Of a stretch of DNA of 64,000 nucleotides, positions 48,730 to 62,782 are shown one piece after another. The notes under the pieces were generated by a model. It did not search any database, was not told where the DNA came from, and saw only the letters and a program-made list of their open reading frames with translations. Where the stretch lies: contig NC_043019.1 in NCBI RefSeq assembly GCF_006345805.1, forward strand, positions 3,844,001-3,908,000, read 5' to 3'. Numbering within the stretch: the first letter of the stretch is position 1; each line of letters starts with the position of its first letter. Both the position numbers and the translations under genes were made by a program. The DNA is from Octopus sinensis. Its lineage: Eukaryota.

Positions 48730-50880
48730 TTGTTAATTTGGTTCTATAATTATTTAGTTGTTGATGATATGTATTTAATTATTAGATTATAACTGTACGT
48801 AATTTGTAAGATAATTAACCAACGAGATATATAGATCGTAAAATAGTTATACGGTTCTTTTATCATAGGTTATACGTTTATAATTTGATTTTTAATCTTT
48901 AATTTTTTAATGTATTTCATAAATATATTATATTAATATTTAATATTTATGTAAATAATAATAGACTAATTAATTAATTTATTTTTCATTATATGTCTAT
49001 ATATTTATTGACAGAGTAAATTTTAGATTTTAATTACTATATTTGTTGATCATAATTTAGTTATTATTTTTAAATATTTTATAATTATTAGATGTGAACT
49101 TAAATCTAAAAATATGAATAGTGATTATTTTGTTAAATAATTTGTTAATTAGATATTGGACTATAACTGAGTTAACGATATTCGTGAGTTTATTATGTTT
49201 TTTTAAAGCCATATTATATCTTAATAAATAAATACATATTTTTATCTATTTTTTTAACTTAAAAATAAATATTTAACATAATATATGGGTTGTATGACAT
49301 AATCCTAATGTTTTAAGTTTCTAATTTAGATAATAGAGTTTTTTTTTTATAAGAAAAATTATTACTTCATTTATTTCTTTAAAAATATTGTTTAACTATA
49401 TTTGCTTATTTATTTAATGATTATAATTAACCTGAAGATTGACTATAATTTTAATTCGAATTTTCAATTGAATTTGAACTTAATTGTAATGCGAATTTAA
49501 TTATAGCCATGACACGTACGTAGAGTTTTTACTTATTATATTATATTTATCTTTTTTATACTTTTTGGTTAATAAAAAAAAATTTTAATATAAAAATATA
49601 AAAATTAAAAAATTAAAAATTTAAATTTTATATTTTATATATAAATTATATATTATATTAATGATATTTATGTTTTTGTTATTTATGTATTGATTTATGT
49701 CTATCACTGTTTGAGTTGCCTAATAGTGGTTTTATCTCTAATTTAATTTATATACATACATATATATATATATATTAAATTAAAGTTTATTCGTAAGATA
49801 CTACTTAGTGATAGATTTGTTGTTTGATAGCAAGTATACGAGGTGTATAAAGTTAGGCTTTTGTATATACATGTTTTAATAGTATTAATTGTAGTTTTAA
49901 ATTTCTTATAATTAAATTAGATAAACTTTGATAAACTTAGATATGTTTCGACTAAAGATTGGTTCAGGCCATGTCTAATTTAATAGCATAACTTAGTTAT
50001 TGTTCTTTTAAATTGATATTCTCAAGTTATTCCCATTGATAATTATATTTATAGTATTTATAGTATTTATTCGATACTATATTACTACGAATTGATTATT
50101 TCTATAAGTATTTTACATAAGATTTCCGAAAGTTCGTTTAAGTTTGTTTATTTGTATTTTGAAATTAGCTATTTCATCTTTAAATATGAAAAATTAATTT
50201 ATTAGGTTTTTATTATATGTGCATATATATTTATTTATAGAGATTATTTTAGATCTTAATTATAATATTTATATACATTTATATATTTTCATTGATAATT
50301 TATATATAATAGTAATTTTTAAATATTTATGTAATTAGATATAAATTAATACCGATATTAGATTATTGGTGGGTTTCCTACCTTATAAATTAAAATTAAT
50401 ATTTAACATTATAGTCGATTTTGATATAATCATAATTGTTAAGTTTTATGCTGCTAGTTTGATAATAGAGTTTATTATAAGTAAAATTATTATATTATCT
50501 ATATCTTAAAAATATTGTTTAAATATTTCTGATTATTTTTTAGATATTTCAATTAACCTGAAGATTGACTGTAACTATAACTCGAATGATTAATTGAATT
50601 TAAATTATTGTTATTCGAATTGTACAGCCATGAAACGATCGTAGTGTTTTACTCTTTATCTTTTATTAAACTTTCAATACTTTTGATATATATTTAAAAT
50701 AATATAAATTAAATTAATTTTATGTATTGGCTTATGTTTTTCATTGTTTGATTTGCCTAATAGTGGTTTTATCTCTAATTTAATATAATATAATATAATA
50801 TAATATATTTATACTATAAAATTGGATTTAATCCTAAATCTGATTTTCCCCTGTAAGTTTGGATTTATTCCCTAATATTT
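48730..50880. mobile_element. AT-extreme repeat block, two diverged tandem units; family also at 9990-11110 and 37145-37385 (probable Penelope-like)
   Basis: Shared terminus TTTGCCTAATAGTGGTTTTATCTCTAATTTAA...CCCTGTAAGTTTGGAT; CCTGAAGATTGACT at 49431 and 50557; absent from the paralogous intron at 57987-58120. Confidence 0.6.
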
Positions 50881-50951
50881 TATTTTATTTTATATACATA
50901 TGTATATACATATATATATACATATGTATGTATATACATATATACATGTAC

Positions 50952-51052
<101 letters not shown>

Positions 51053-51545
51053 CACATACACACACACACACATATATATATATATATGTGTGTATGTATG
51101 TATGTATATATTTTGATAGAATGTTTTCTCAGAGCTTCTTTCTCCAGTTTGTGCTCCGTTCAGTTGAGAGGTTTCATCTTGCAGATCCTTGATGATCTCA
51201 TTGGTGCTAGTGGCATTTAAGAAGAATCCCAGCTGCAAGACCATGCCAAGGCAGGTTTAGAAGCTGGTGGAGCACTCTGGTGTGTCTGTTCTGACCAAAC
51301 TGTCCAACCCATGCCAGCATGGGAAAAGGCACATTAATGATGGTGATGATGATATTTAATTAACATAAATATGTAAGTAATATAGGATCTAAGATAATTA
51401 ACAAGCTGAGTATTACATGTTAATTAGTGTGCACTAATTTAGGACAAAAGTGGGAGTGAGGAAAAGTTAGAGGTGAACGAGGAAGAAAGGAAAATAGAGA
51501 ATAAGAGAAAAGAAGGTTTGGAGATAGTATAATAGACATAGAGAC

Positions 51546-51612
<67 letters not shown>

Positions 51613-51621
51613 GAGATAGAG

Positions 51622-51673
<52 letters not shown>

Positions 51674-51867
51674 GGATAGATAGATAGATAGATAGATAGA
51701 GAGAGAGACAGAGAGACAGAGAGAGACAGAGAGAGACAGAGAGACAGACAGATAGATAGAAAGAGATAGATAGAAATGTAGATAGATAGATAGACAGAAA
51801 GGCACATAAAGAGACAGAGATAGAGAGTGGGAGGGAGAGAGATTTTCATCTGACTTGTACAACATAC

Positions 51868-52015
51868 TTCAAGGCTTCCACATGATTTCCCCGCATATAG
51901 GCATTGGCAGCCATGCTATTGTACAGCAGCACCCGTCGGTACTGGATGTTTCTCGATTTCAATACATCCAAAGCCTTCTTGTAGTGCTCCATGGCTTCTT
52001 TGTATTCTCCATAAC
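51868..52015 (-). CDS. TPR gene exon a, downstream copy (a1)
   Basis: ttttccacag|GT TAT...TTG AA|gtatgt; phase 1 to 2; TPR-like [10 protein letters not shown] motif. Confidence 0.85.
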
Positions 52016-53241
52016 CTGTGGAAAACACAAGAAAATATATTCTGAGTTACAATGATGCCCAAAGTAATAGCAACACCTACAACAACAACAACAGCAACAG
52101 CAAGTGGAGGCACAATGGCCCAGTGGTTAGTGCAGCGGACTCGCGGTTTCGATTCCCAGTCTGGGCGATGTGTGTGTTTATTGAGCGAAAACGCCTAAAG
52201 CTCCACGAGGCTCCGGCAGAAGGTGGTGGCGACCCCTGTTGTACTCTTTCGCTCCAACTTTCTCTCACTCTTTCTTCCTGTTTCTTGTCCCCGACTTCCT
52301 ACGCAACTGCTGAGCCTGGATGCGCATTCATTCATCCACCCGTCGATGCTCTCGGTGTCGGGGGTTGACCTGCTTTCTCTTCTGCGGGTCTTACGAATAG
52401 CAAAGGACCACGTTTCGGACCGATCAGACCGGACCGCTCAACAGCAGCAACAGCAGCAACAACATACCAATAAGTATTAAAGGAATGGTGGTGGTGGGGG
52501 CGGGGGTTCCTACATACAGTAGCAAGCAAAAAATGAGAATGATTAATATTTTTTTGTATTTCACAAAAACTTTAGTTAAATATATAAAATGAGACTATTA
52601 TATTTTGAATTTATATTGAGTGCTGTTAATACTTGGCATGTTCGTGCCGGTGGCACGTAAAACGCACCACCCGATCGTGGCCGTTTGCCAGCCTCGTCTG
52701 GCAGCTGTGCCGGTGGCACGTAAAAAGCACCCACTACGCTCATGGAGTGGTTGGCGTTAGGAAGGGCATCCAGCCATAGAAACATTGCCAGATCAGGCTG
52801 GGCCTGGTGCAGCCTTCTGGCTTCCCAGACACCAGTTGAACCGTCCAACCCATGCTAGCATGGAAAGCGGACGCTAAACGATGATGATTAATACTATTAA
52901 AGTATTTATATATTTAATATGAGTGATTATATACATTTTATAATATATTATTATTAATATCAGGAAATCGATATTAGAAAATTCTTCAGAAAGATATGAT
53001 AATAACTAACACGGTTACTGCTCAGAAATGGTCGATAAATGCTAAATAACAGGGGAAAAAAAATTGGTTACTTTATCTCGTGTACCTATTGAATGAAGAA
53101 TGCCTAAAAGAGACATACATTTACCGTATGTTTAATTCTTGGCCATTTTCAAAGGCCTGTCAGTGGAAACATATACAAGATACACTTGATTTGATCGGAT
53201 ATTTGAACTCTACAGAAAAATATAACCCCAAACACATAAGC

Positions 53242-54162
53242 TTGCCATGTTAGAAGAATAATAACTGTCTCAAGTTGATCTGAGCAACTCATTCGGAAAA
53301 AGATGTAAAATTAATTGATGTTATAAAGGCCTACATTTTCAAAACTATCAAAGATATTGATCTAATACTTGACATGATGGGAAAATATTCATACTATCCC
53401 AAACACATGGCTTCAAAGTTGTGCTTGCCATACTAGAAGAATAATAACTGTCTCAAGTTGATCTGAGCAACTCATTCGGAAAAAGATGTAAAATTAATTG
53501 ATGTTATAAAGGCCTACATTTTCAAAACTATCAAAGATATTGATCTAATACTTGACATGATGGGAAAATATTCATACTATCCCAAACACATGGCTTCAAA
53601 GTTGTGCTTGCCATGTTAGAAGAATAATAACTGTCTCAAGTTGATCTGAGCAACTCATTCGGAAAAAGATGTAAAATTAATTGATGTTATAAAGGCCTAC
53701 ATTTTCAAAACTATCAAAGATATTGATCTAATACTTGACATGATGGGAAAATATTCATACTATCCCAAACACATGGCTTCAAAGTTGTGCTTGCCATGTT
53801 AGAAGAATAATAACTGTCTCAAGTTGATCTGAGCAACTCATTCGGAAAAAGATGTAAAATTAATTGATGTTATAAAGGCCTACATTTTCAAAACTATCAA
53901 AGATATTGATCTAATACTTGACATGATGGGAAAATATTCATACTATCCCAAACACATGGCTTCAAAGTTGTGCTTGCCATGTTAGAAGAATAATAACTGT
54001 CTCAAGTTGATCTGAGCAACTCATTCGGAAAAAGATGTAAAATTAATTGATGTTATAAAGGCCTACATTTTCAAAACTATCAAAGATATTGATCTAATAC
54101 TTGACATGATGGGAAAATATTCATACTATCCCAAACACATGGCTTCAAAGTTGTGCTTGCCA
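53242..54162. repeat. 5 x 183-bp near-identical tandem array abutting the gap
   Basis: Unit starts at 53242, 53425, 53608, 53791, 53974, 54157. Confidence 0.95.
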
Positions 54163-54262
54163 NNNNNNNNNNNNNNNNNNNNNNNNNNNNNNNNNNNNNN
54201 NNNNNNNNNNNNNNNNNNNNNNNNNNNNNNNNNNNNNNNNNNNNNNNNNNNNNNNNNNNNNN
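54163..54262. other. Assembly gap (100 N, probably of unknown size)
   Basis: Exactly 100 N. Confidence 0.98.
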
Positions 54263-54617
54263 TGAAACACATATTTTGGTATATCCCAGCTGCATTCCTA
54301 GAAGGAGGGAAAATACCTTTAAATCAAATATTCATGTTTAAGCGTTTGTATGTAGCTACCACACATGTGGCATTAAGTTTCTTATATCTTCTTGACTCAA
54401 TGTGGAGAATTTTGTGATTCAGGACCAACTTGAGCGCATAAATAAAATCATTTTAACTCTTGGAATACTGTTGTCTAAATTACACACAGCCTCACATTCA
54501 CAATCAACCAATTACTTACATTCGCAAATACATTCAGTTAATCTGGTTGGTCAAACGAAACTACTTCCAATCTCAAATGCACTTGACCAATGAGGCTTAT
54601 CAAACCAAAGTACTTAC

Positions 54618-54729
54618 ATTCTCAGATACACATAACCAGTGTAATGCAATACCAAGGAGGTGTTCATGTGTAGCCATCTATGCTTCTTTTGGATATCCTT
54701 GGCACTGAACAGGAGTTGAAGTGCTTTAC
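54618..54729 (-). CDS. TPR gene exon e, upstream copy (e2), open
   Basis: 112 nt, tccag|GT AAA...AGA AT|gtaagt; KALQLLFSAKDIQKKHRWLHMNTSLVLHYTGYVYLR. Functional status uncertain. Confidence 0.6.
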
Positions 54730-55438
54730 CTGGAGGAAGAAGGAGAAATATTAGTTTCAAATTTTGGCACAAAGCCAGCAATTTTTGGGGGGGTAAGTTG
54801 AGTTGATTACATCAACCCCAGTGTGTTTGACTGGTACCTGCTTTATGACCGACCGAGGAAAGGATGAAAGGTAAAGTCATGTTGATTGTATGAAATATGG
54901 GTTTCATATTAGTAGGTTAGTTCGAGTTCAGGGGAGGTGAGTAAATCAATTACATTGACTCCAGTATACTACTGGTACTTATTTTATTGACCTCAAAATG
55001 ATGAAAGCTAAAATTCAACCTTGACAGAATTTGAACTCAGAATATATAAATGGACAAAATGCCACTAACAACTTTGCCCAACGTGTTGGTAATTCTGACA
55101 GTTCACCATCTTAAGAAGGAGAAATATTCTTTTCTACTCTAGGGACAAGGCCTGAAACTTTTGGTGTTGGTGTTTGTAGTGGGGGGGCAGTCGATTAGAT
55201 CAACCCCCAGTATGCAATTGGTACGTAATTTATCGACCCCAAAACAATGAAATGCAAAGTTGACCTCGGTGGAATTTGAACTCAGAACGTTAAGACAGAT
55301 GAAATGCCGCTAAGCATTTCACCTGGCACGCTAACGCTTCTGCCAGCTTGTCCCCTTAAGAAAATTAATAAAGAAAACGACCAAATATTTATATTTGTAG
55401 TTTTAGATTTTACTTAAAACTTAAAACTCTGTACTTAC

Positions 55439-55582
55439 TGTGTTTGCCAAAGTTTCGGGATAATAAATTTGCTACATTACAGTACGATATCACAGATATC
55501 TTTGGATTTACAGTAACAATTTTCAATCTTTCACTAAGTGCAGCATTATAAAATTTGATTGCTTTATTATATTGTGAACCAT
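55439..55582 (-). CDS. TPR gene exon d, upstream copy (d2), open but diverged
   Basis: 144 nt, AG/GTAAGT intact; GSQYNKAIKFYNAALSERLKIVTVNPKISVISYCNVANLLSRNFGKH. Functional status uncertain. Confidence 0.6.
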
Positions 55583-56007
55583 CTGTTAAAAGACAAAATG
55601 AACTAATATAAACGTAATATTTCCCTATGGCCAGAGATCAGAGATGCTTTCACAGAGACTGTAAATGAACAACACTGCATGGATGACAGTGACATTCGTT
55701 TACAACTATCATGCAAAGTCAAGGTAGGTAGGGAGATAGCAACACACTCATAAACATAAACGCACACACACACACACACAAATATATGGCTTTTATCAGT
55801 TTCTGTCAACCAATCCACTCACACAAATTGACTTGGTTGTCTCAGGGCCATAGTGGAAACCATCTACCCAAGGTGCCATGCAGCGGGCTTGAATTCAAAA
55901 CCACGTTTTTGGGAAACAAAATTCTTCACCATACAGCCACACCTGTGCTAAATAGAAAGTAACAAAATATTTAGGGGAAAAAAGGGGGCTGGTGGTACCA
56001 TACTTAC

Positions 56008-56119
56008 TCATTTCGTAATTAACACCCATTGTATTCAGCATTTTAGATAAAACAGGAGTAGTCAAGCCTGACATTTTCTTTAAGTTTTCTGTCAATATTC
56101 TCACATTTATCATAATAAC
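56008..56119 (-). pseudogene. TPR gene exon c, upstream copy (c2): 2-nt deletion frameshift
   Basis: 112 nt vs 114 nt in c1 (GAGAAAATA to GAGAATA); shifted frame reaches TAA inside the exon; splice sites intact. Confidence 0.75.
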
Positions 56120-57870
56120 CTGCACAAGAAGAAAGAAGAAGAAAAGAAGAAGAAGAAGAAGAAGAAGAAGAAGCAGAGAAGACAAGAAGAAGAAGAAGAA
56201 GAAGAAGAAGAAGAAGAAGAAGAAGAAGAAAAGAAGAACAGAAAGAGAAGAAGAAGAAGAAGAAGAAAGAAGAAGAAGAAGAAGAAGAAGAAGAAGAAGA
56301 AGAGAATAAGAAGAAGAAGAAGAGAAGAAGAAAGAAGAAAAGAAGAAGAAAGAAGAAGAAGAAGAAAGAAAGAAGAAGAAGAAGAAGAGAAGAAGAAGAA
56401 GAAGAAGAAGAAGAAAGAAGAAGACAAGAAGAGAAGAGAAGAAGAAGAAGAAGAAGAAGAAGACGAAGATCTTGTATGAGTATATAAACACACTACCTTT
56501 GGTACACTGGACAGGTGAAAGATAAACATGTTCATCTAAGTGGGGTGATGAAAAGTTACTGGTTTTAAGGCTATCGAGAAAGATCTGGCTGGGGGTAAAA
56601 CAGTTCTTTTACAGGGCTTAGAAAAACTGAAGGACGACTGTAGGACGTATGTGAATCTGAGAGGGGAATATCATTGTCATCGTCATCATCATTTAAAGTC
56701 CACCTTCCATGCTGGCATGGGTTGGAATGTTTGATAGGAGCTGACCGGGCATGAGCCTGTGCTAGACTTCTGTGTCTGTTTTGGCACAGTTTTTACACCT
56801 GGATTCCTGTCCTAACACCAACCACCTGGCAATAAAATCATAATTAATTGATCCTCCTCTATTTTCTTTTATCAAACTTGAAACTTTTCAGCGTCCTCTG
56901 TGTGTACATAATCACATGTTTTATGAGGGGGTGCTGGAAAGTGCCTGGCTTTAAGGATATCGTGAAAGACCTAGTTGGGGCCCAACTTTCTAAATTCTTT
57001 TACAGGACTTAGAAAAACTGAAGGACCTCTGCAGCAAATGTGAGAATCTGTGAGGGGAATATGTTGAGTAAAATCATAATTAACTGATCCTCCTGCACTT
57101 TCCTTAACTCAAAGCCAGGAACTTTCTCAGCATCCCCTCATGTCCACATACACTTAACAACCACATGACAGAATCTATAATGTAGTCTTCAGCTTTGCAT
57201 ACATGGTACATGTTGGGCTATGGGTCTGTGGATTGTAACTAGTCTTGCAGTCGGTTTAGCTACATGTCAGACATGCGCATAGTCAGGAGAAAGGCCCCTG
57301 ACTAAACAACAACACCATCACACCGACTCATAAAGGCCAGTTTCCCAGTTTCCATGGCGTAAATATTTCCCACCTGGATGGGACACCAGTCCATCACAGG
57401 ATAACTCACTTTTTCCAGCTGACTGGACTGGAGCAACGAAAAAATGAAGTGTTTTGTTCAAGAAAACAACACATCGCCCACTCCAGGAATTGAAACCACA
57501 ATCTTATGATCATGAGTCTAACACTAAGACCTGTGCCTTCACTCATGGCAACTATTACCAGACACAAACCACATTCTGTCACATATTACACATGACCACA
57601 ACTGCAAATCAACAAGAAAGCCTCTATGTGGATACTCAACTTGCTAGAAATAGATAACAATCAAAATTTCCCCTGCAAATCACTGCCTATTAATAAAAGG
57701 GCACATTAGACAATGTACCCCTTGTTTCCCTACACATAAGAAAAAGGTTAGACTTTTACAGCTGGTAGACTTTTGATCATAGATCTGCTCAACAAGTGCT
57801 GACCTGGGGCCAAATAAAACCACCACCACCACCACCATCACCACCATGAGAGACATAATACAGTTATTAC

Positions 57871-57982
57871 CAACAAATGAGAGGTTGTAGGCCAGGGTGG
57901 TAGAGGCACATTTGATCTTCGCATCCTGCACCATCTGTGGACTCGCATCATTAACGGTCATGTTGTACCCATTTCTGCAAAA
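57871..57982 (-). pseudogene. TPR gene exon b, upstream copy (b2): 1-nt deletion frameshift plus 3-nt insertion
   Basis: 112 nt vs 110 nt in b1; GGT TAC becomes GG TAC, giving TGA three codons later with the homologous acceptor; frame is restorable via the AG at 57976-57975. Confidence 0.7.
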
Positions 57983-58003
57983 CTGAGGACAAATCAAGCA
58001 GTT

Positions 58004-58038
<35 letters not shown>

Positions 58039-58296
58039 TATCCTTATCATCATCATCATCGATACCACCACAACCACCACCACCACCACCACATTATACT
58101 AAAGAACAAAAGTGGGAGTGAGGAAAAGTTAGAGATGAATGAGGAAGAAAGGAAAACAGAGAATAAGAGAAAAGAAGGTTTGGAGATAGTATAATAGATA
58201 TAAGAGATAGATAGATAGAGAGAGAGACAGAGAGAGTGGGAGGGAGGGAGAGAGAGTGGGAGGGAGAGAGATTTTCATCTGACTTGTACGACATAC

Positions 58297-58444
58297 TTCA
58301 AGGCTTCCACCTGATTTCCCCGCATATAGGCATTGGCTGCCATGCTATTGTACAGCAGCACCTGTCGGTACTGGATGTTTCTCGATTTCAATACATCCAA
58401 AGCCTTCTTGTAGTGCTCCATGGCTTCTTTGTATTCTCCATAAC
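58297..58444 (-). CDS. TPR gene exon a, upstream copy (a2), open
   Basis: ttttccacag|GT TAT...TTG AA|gtatgt; 148 nt; [48 protein letters not shown]; 3 nt differences from a1. Confidence 0.75.
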
Positions 58445-59563
58445 CTGTGGAAAACACAAGAAAATATTCTGTGTTACAATGATGCCCAAAGTAATAGCTA
58501 CACCTACAACAACAACAACAGCAACATCTACAAATAATAAAAAAGCAGCAGACAACATCACTGGCAATGGTAGCCTCTACACATTAACTCAATATTGTCA
58601 GAAATAACAGCTAAATTTCACTCAAATCACAATGAGTCATCTTACAAAAGGAAGAGCACACTAGATGATGTAGTTATTGATATACATAGAAAATGGTATG
58701 ATCAGATAGAACACCTTCAATCAGAGGTCATTCTATCAAAACTGACCTGGAGGTCAGCAACAATGACAGCAGCAGCAACAACAACAACAGACCAATCAGT
58801 ATTAAAAATAAGTAATGGGTGTATATGCATTGTACAACAGCACAGTATCAACTGATAAGCCTTTCATATACCCAGTAGCGTATTATGATTTCATAACGAG
58901 ATATGGCGTCTCAACCAGTAATTAATAAACTTAAAGACTCACATGTATTACATAGTGGTAATGTGGTTCAAGTGTTAATTTGGATTCCATTGCCTTTTCA
59001 ATATAGCATGGTGTGTTCAATTCACACAGCAGACAAATGATGTTTATCATCAATTATTCATTAAAAGGCTCCGACATGGTTGTGTGGTAAGAACATTCCT
59101 GCTCAACCAAAGGGTTCTGAGTTCTGCCCCACTGCATTACACTTTGGACAGGTGTCTTTTGCTATAGCCTTAGGCTGGCCAAAGCCTTATGAGTGGATCT
59201 GGTTGAAAGAAACTGAAAAAAGCCCATCGTATATGTATACATATATACAAATACAAGTAAATAAATGAAGTTGAATGCAGATGCTATTCAAATTCTTTTA
59301 CTATCGACATATGTTTCGAAGACAACATTGGTTTTATTCCAAAGGAATAAACGGTGTCAATTACAATCTTCTCATCAGGAAAGAAAGAGAACCTATCTCA
59401 ACATTTTCCATGTTAACAGTAAACAAAGGATAATTTATTCATCCATTTATATATACAAATATATATGTATGTATTTTCTTTTTTTAAAGCATTCACTAAT
59501 TACAGGATCCTTAGAGCACTGAAAACCTAAGAGTTACTAGAATAAATGGACACCAGACAGAAG

Positions 59564-59930
59564 TCAATAGGTGAAGATGTACATTAGACTTAAAAGACTG
59601 AAGGACATATTAAAGCGGAAAAGAAGACTGTGGAAGGGAATTCCAAAGTTCAGAGGCGTGAGGGAAGAAACTGGTTCTGTAAAGGGCTTTACGGCGCTTA
59701 GGAGGTTGCACGGGATACTGATGGATACAAGTCTGGTTGATCGGTGATAAGTTCTTGGAGGAGGAACCAGAGAGGAGAGCTCAGCTGAACAATGTCTATG
59801 GAAATACTTATAGAAAAGGGACAAGGAAGACCCACATGATGACGATGAGAGAGTGAATCCAATTAGAAGATAGATCAGGACCAATAGAATATGAATACAG
59901 CATCGAATGCAGCCCAACAGAGTGAAACAA
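59564..59930 (-). mobile_element. L2/CR1/Jockey-group LINE 3' remnant
   Basis: SLSLFYKYFHRHCSAELSSLVPPPRTYHRSTRL. Confidence 0.65.
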
Positions 59931-59973
59931 TCTGCAGGAGCACCTGCCCATAAGTGAGAACAGTACTCAATGC

Positions 59974-60843
59974 ATCTCTTATGATAAAATGCAGATTTTC
60001 TCTGCCTCCCAAACCGTTCGTTTTTTTACACAATTCTACAATACAGAAATTCTTCAATTGGAATTTACCTATAATTTTTCTAAGTAGAATCCATTGGGTC
60101 ATGGCATGTAAAGTTTTTTCAATTTCACCCCCAATTAAGAAAAAAATTCGAGAAAACTCAATATTTTACGATTTCCCTCTTTCAGTTCAAGTGCTTCACT
60201 CCTACCATTACCACTACACTTTCTCCACCTTTCTCTTTGCAAGTGTGCAACAATTAAAGTGAATGTATTTATTAAAAGGGATGAGCAATTAATACTGGTC
60301 ATCCTTTTTGCTAGAAGATCCGCTATGGTCTTATATGCTACACCACTGGTTTTCAATTCATATTAATCAAATTAATATTCAATTTTCACCCTTATTATGT
60401 GTGTGTGTATCTCTTATGATAAAAGGCAGATTTCTCTGCCTCCCAAACCGTTCGTTTTTTTATACAATTCTGCAATATAGAATTTATTCAATTGGAATTT
60501 ACCTATCATTTTTCAAAGTAGAATCCATTGGGTCATGGCATGTAAAGTTTTTTTCAATTTCACCCCCAATTAAGAAAAATTCGAGAAAACTTAATATTTT
60601 ACGATTTCCCTCTTTCATTTCAAGTGCTTCACTCTACCATTACCACTACACTTTCTCCTCCTTTCTCTTTGCAAGTGTGCAACAATTAAAGTGAAATTTA
60701 TATAAAAGGGATGAGCAATTAATACTGGTCATCCTTTTTGCTACAAGAAGATCCGCTATGGTCTTATATGCTACACCACTGGATTCAATTCATATTAATC
60801 AAATTAATATTCAATTTTTCACCCTTTTATGTGTGTGTGTATT
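59974..60843. repeat. 435-bp imperfect tandem duplication
   Basis: ATCTCTTATGATAAAA at 59974 and 60409. Confidence 0.88.
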
Positions 60844-61064
60844 AGCAATTCGTATAAAATTGCATCAATGACTTGAACTTGAATAAGTGGTTTCACATAA
60901 ATGGGGATACATTAAAAAGGTTTGTTGTTATTATATTACTGTTTGACTATTGTAATCACGTTTGTTGGTTCCTCGTCAGGGAAACGTTGTTGTGTTGCAT
61001 TTGTTAAATAATTGTAAACCGTAACCCTCCCCTTTTGGAGAAGGGGCTTTGGTTATTGTTTTAA

Positions 61065-62012
<948 letters not shown>

Positions 62013-62625
62013 CATATATATGTATATATTATGTATGTATGTATGTATGTATGTATGTATGTATGCATGTATGAATGGATGGATGGATGCATGCATGTAA
62101 GCATATGTATATATATATGCATATATATGTATATGGGTTATTCCATATCAAATCATCCAGTTTCAGAAAAATGTCCCTGGTCACCCCCTCAGATCCCTCT
62201 GAAAAAATTCATACCAGCTCCTGCAGAATTAATATGATTCACATTTGTGTCTGACCTAAGTATGTTTTAAAATTATGACTTCTTGGTCATGTGTTCAAGG
62301 TTATCGGACAAAGAAGGTTGCTCAAGGAGCTGCCTTCCAAATGTTTATGTACATACATATATAGGGATGGGAGCATGCATGTATGGATATATGTATAGAA
62401 TGTTAATAAAGTATAGAAATCATGCTTTATGAAACATACACGTATTTTGGTAAATTACTGCTAGTATTACGTAATTGCTTTTAGAAACATTATATAATCT
62501 CGTAAACACCTCTTCAGTATTTAGCAAAATATACAAAGAATGGTGCTAAATGCTCAACATTCCTGTTAAGCATATTATCTACATCAGTGGGATGACAAAA
62601 TCTACATATCATCGTCATATCATAC

Positions 62626-62782
62626 CTGGTAAATCTGTCAATGATACACCATATGCTATATTCATAAAAGCTTGTTCTTCTTCATTACCAAATAACAGGG
62701 AGTTTTGTAGACATGCTTGGAAAAACTGTCTTGAATCTCTAGGGTGACATAGCATCAGTATATCTGAGGCTTTTAATGTTAT
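62626..62782 (-). CDS. TPR gene exon z (single copy visible)
   Basis: gtctttgtcttttag|ATA...CCA G|gtatga; ITLKASDILMLCHPRDSRQFFQACLQNSLLFGNEEEQAFMNIAYGVSLTDLP(G); phase 0 to 1 fits exon a. Confidence 0.8.

Noticed and set aside
49431-50620. CCTGAAGATTGACT motifs as hammerheads
   Set aside because: No GAAA or pairable stems remain; at best these are fossils.
48730-50880. Mitochondrial insertion (NUMT)
   Set aside because: No recognisable rRNA, tRNA or OXPHOS motifs; termini match a dispersed nuclear repeat found elsewhere in the window.
51855-51867. CAA|GTCAGA as the exon a donor
   Set aside because: It makes b1 out of frame; AA|GTATGT is a stronger donor and yields the TPR-like EALNFAEMGY.
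58932-59060. Open frame with GTGAGT donor upstream of a2
   Set aside because: No acceptor before the upstream stop and wrong phase; exon z fits instead.
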